Below, piece by piece: positions 62,460 to 64,000 of a stretch of 64,000 nucleotides of DNA (positions are counted from its first letter, which is position 1; every line of letters begins with the position of its first letter). The translations under genes were made by a program, and so were the position numbers. Below the pieces are notes generated by a model. It did not search any database. It was not told the DNA's origin and saw nothing but the letters and a program-made list of their open reading frames with translations. The DNA comes from Camelus ferus (lineage: Eukaryota). The stretch covers positions 89,592,001 through 89,656,000 of the forward strand of contig NC_045696.1 in assembly GCF_009834535.1 (NCBI RefSeq). Direction: 5' to 3'.

Positions 62460-62700
62460 CTGAAGTTTGTTTAGCACTTTACAGTATAAAAAGGGCTGTT
62501 TATATGTATTATCTCATTTAATCTCCCTAATAAATCCTGAGGTAATTCTTATTGTGCTTTGCCATTTTACACATGGGGAAACAGAAGCTCCGAAAGGCTA
62601 AAAATCACGGATCACAGCAAGTAATGGCAGAGATGGGATTCAAAACCAGGTCCTGTGTCTCTAAATCTCCCCGACGTTTCCCCTCAGCTGTACTGCTTAT
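62460..62700 (-). mobile_element. MIR SINE
   Basis: ccattttacacatggggaaacagaagctc...gtaatggcagagatgggattcaaaaccagg. Confidence 0.85.
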
Positions 62701-63534
62701 GCGATAAAGCCATGAAAATGAACTCGATTTGGAGACCCAGCTCAAGCTGAGATTGTAGGAGATACAAATCATTTAATGTAAACTGGTAACAAAATCATTT
62801 CCTTCTTCTGCTTTAATGTGGATTTCCTTTGTGCTACAATAAAATGGCCACAAAGAATTTAGCACCAATATTTTCTTTTCTTAGAGGCTGTCATTTGGTT
62901 TTCTTCCTTGGCAGGCTATCCACTGTGGAGAGTGGGCCGTTGAGTATTTCCCCCTGGGCTACACACCGAACATGTGCACCCATTCGGGTGAATTACACTC
63001 ACTTAGGAGCCAAGGCAAATGTCAGACACTCGTTCTGTAATCTACACTTGCAATTTTTCTGAATTTCCTTTGAAACACTGCCCTATTTGGGTGTCCTTTC
63101 TGAGATAGGTTATGGGGATATGGTTGCCATTTTCAAATGAAGATTTGAAAATAAAAAACCCAATTCGCATCCAGCCACAGGAAACCATTTAAACCTGTCT
63201 CCATGAAATTGATGTTAAAATTTAAGAGCATAACTGTACTAACTCTTGAGCAAATGAGAAAATAGACAGAAAAGCCTTTTGCAGAACATAGCTTTATGCA
63301 AATATGGTGGGATCTTGTAATTATTGAAACTCACACGCAGGTAAATCTTCAAAACCTATCTTTGCTGCAGCAAAAATCATTAATGCTGAATAATTAATCA
63401 TCCAGAGAATACAAATCTAAATCAATGATAAATGGTTCCAAAAGCAGAACTTAAAGTTTTTGTAAAGATTCTAGGTTTGGGGGATGAGACAGACACAGGA
63501 ATATAAACCATAACAGAAAACTTCATTTCATTAT

Positions 63535-63680
63535 TGATGGAGATTCAGCACCTATCGAAGGGCTACTAGGTGCCAGGTAATGTCTAGGCATTTGTTCTCT
63601 CAATCACTTCTCCCAATAAATCTATGAGGTAGGTATTATTTCCCCCATTTTACATATAAGAAAGTTGGAGTTCATATTTT
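63535..63680 (-). mobile_element. MIR SINE fragment
   Basis: ctatgaggtaggtattatttcccccattttaca. Confidence 0.75.
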
Positions 63681-64000
63681 CAGCCTCTTTTTCAAGATAG
63701 ATGATTTTTTTAATAGAAAAACACTAGAATCTATTCTAAGTCAAATGTCTGTCCACAATGACATGCCATTTTCCAAACAGATCATATTTAACCACTATTT
63801 TTCTAACATTGGTAAAAAGTGCTTCAGAACTGATAAACCTTGTATGTATTTCTGTTTGTAAGGAGCTATCAGCTGGAGAGACTGATCTTTTCACAGCATT
63901 TATCAGTTCCCACAGAGACTTGGGGTGCGGGTTTTCCTGGCCATTCAGTGGTGATGCAGCTAACAGCCAGGGATGGGTGTCTCACAGAGACAGCCTCTCT

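Noticed and set aside
1..64000. Prokaryotic-style novel system (CRISPR array, operon, defence island) or a named host gene
   Set aside because: The sequence is mammalian, repeat-rich and non-coding, with no arrays, long ORFs or recognisable exons, so no gene name can be assigned.

Overview
Mammalian non-coding genomic DNA, most likely from a camelid (camel/alpaca/llama). That inference rests on three tRNA-Ala-derived SINEs of the Vic-1 type and on seeing no Alu, Bov-tA/BovB, PRE1 or SINEC copies. No cellular protein-coding gene, rRNA, functional tRNA, CRISPR array or prokaryotic system is supportable; the only ORFs with recognisable homology are broken retrotransposon fragments (L1 ORF2, CR1/L3 RT). 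The window is intergenic or lies in a very large intron and is dominated by repeats: about 12 insertions of one relatively young L1 3'-end family (three 5'-inverted), older L1s, many MIR and L2 relics, solo LTRs (MER34-, MER92-, MLT2-, LTR16-, LTR33-like) and hAT/Tigger MITEs. Two CpG-rich patches (~45.9 kb and ~60.7-61.3 kb) and several homeobox-motif-rich unique stretches are candidate regulatory elements. Repeat family names come from my recall of consensus sequences, not from a database search, and most boundaries are approximate. I found no convincing previously undescribed biological system; the best leads are retrotransposition-mechanism footprints and candidate promoters or non-coding exons.
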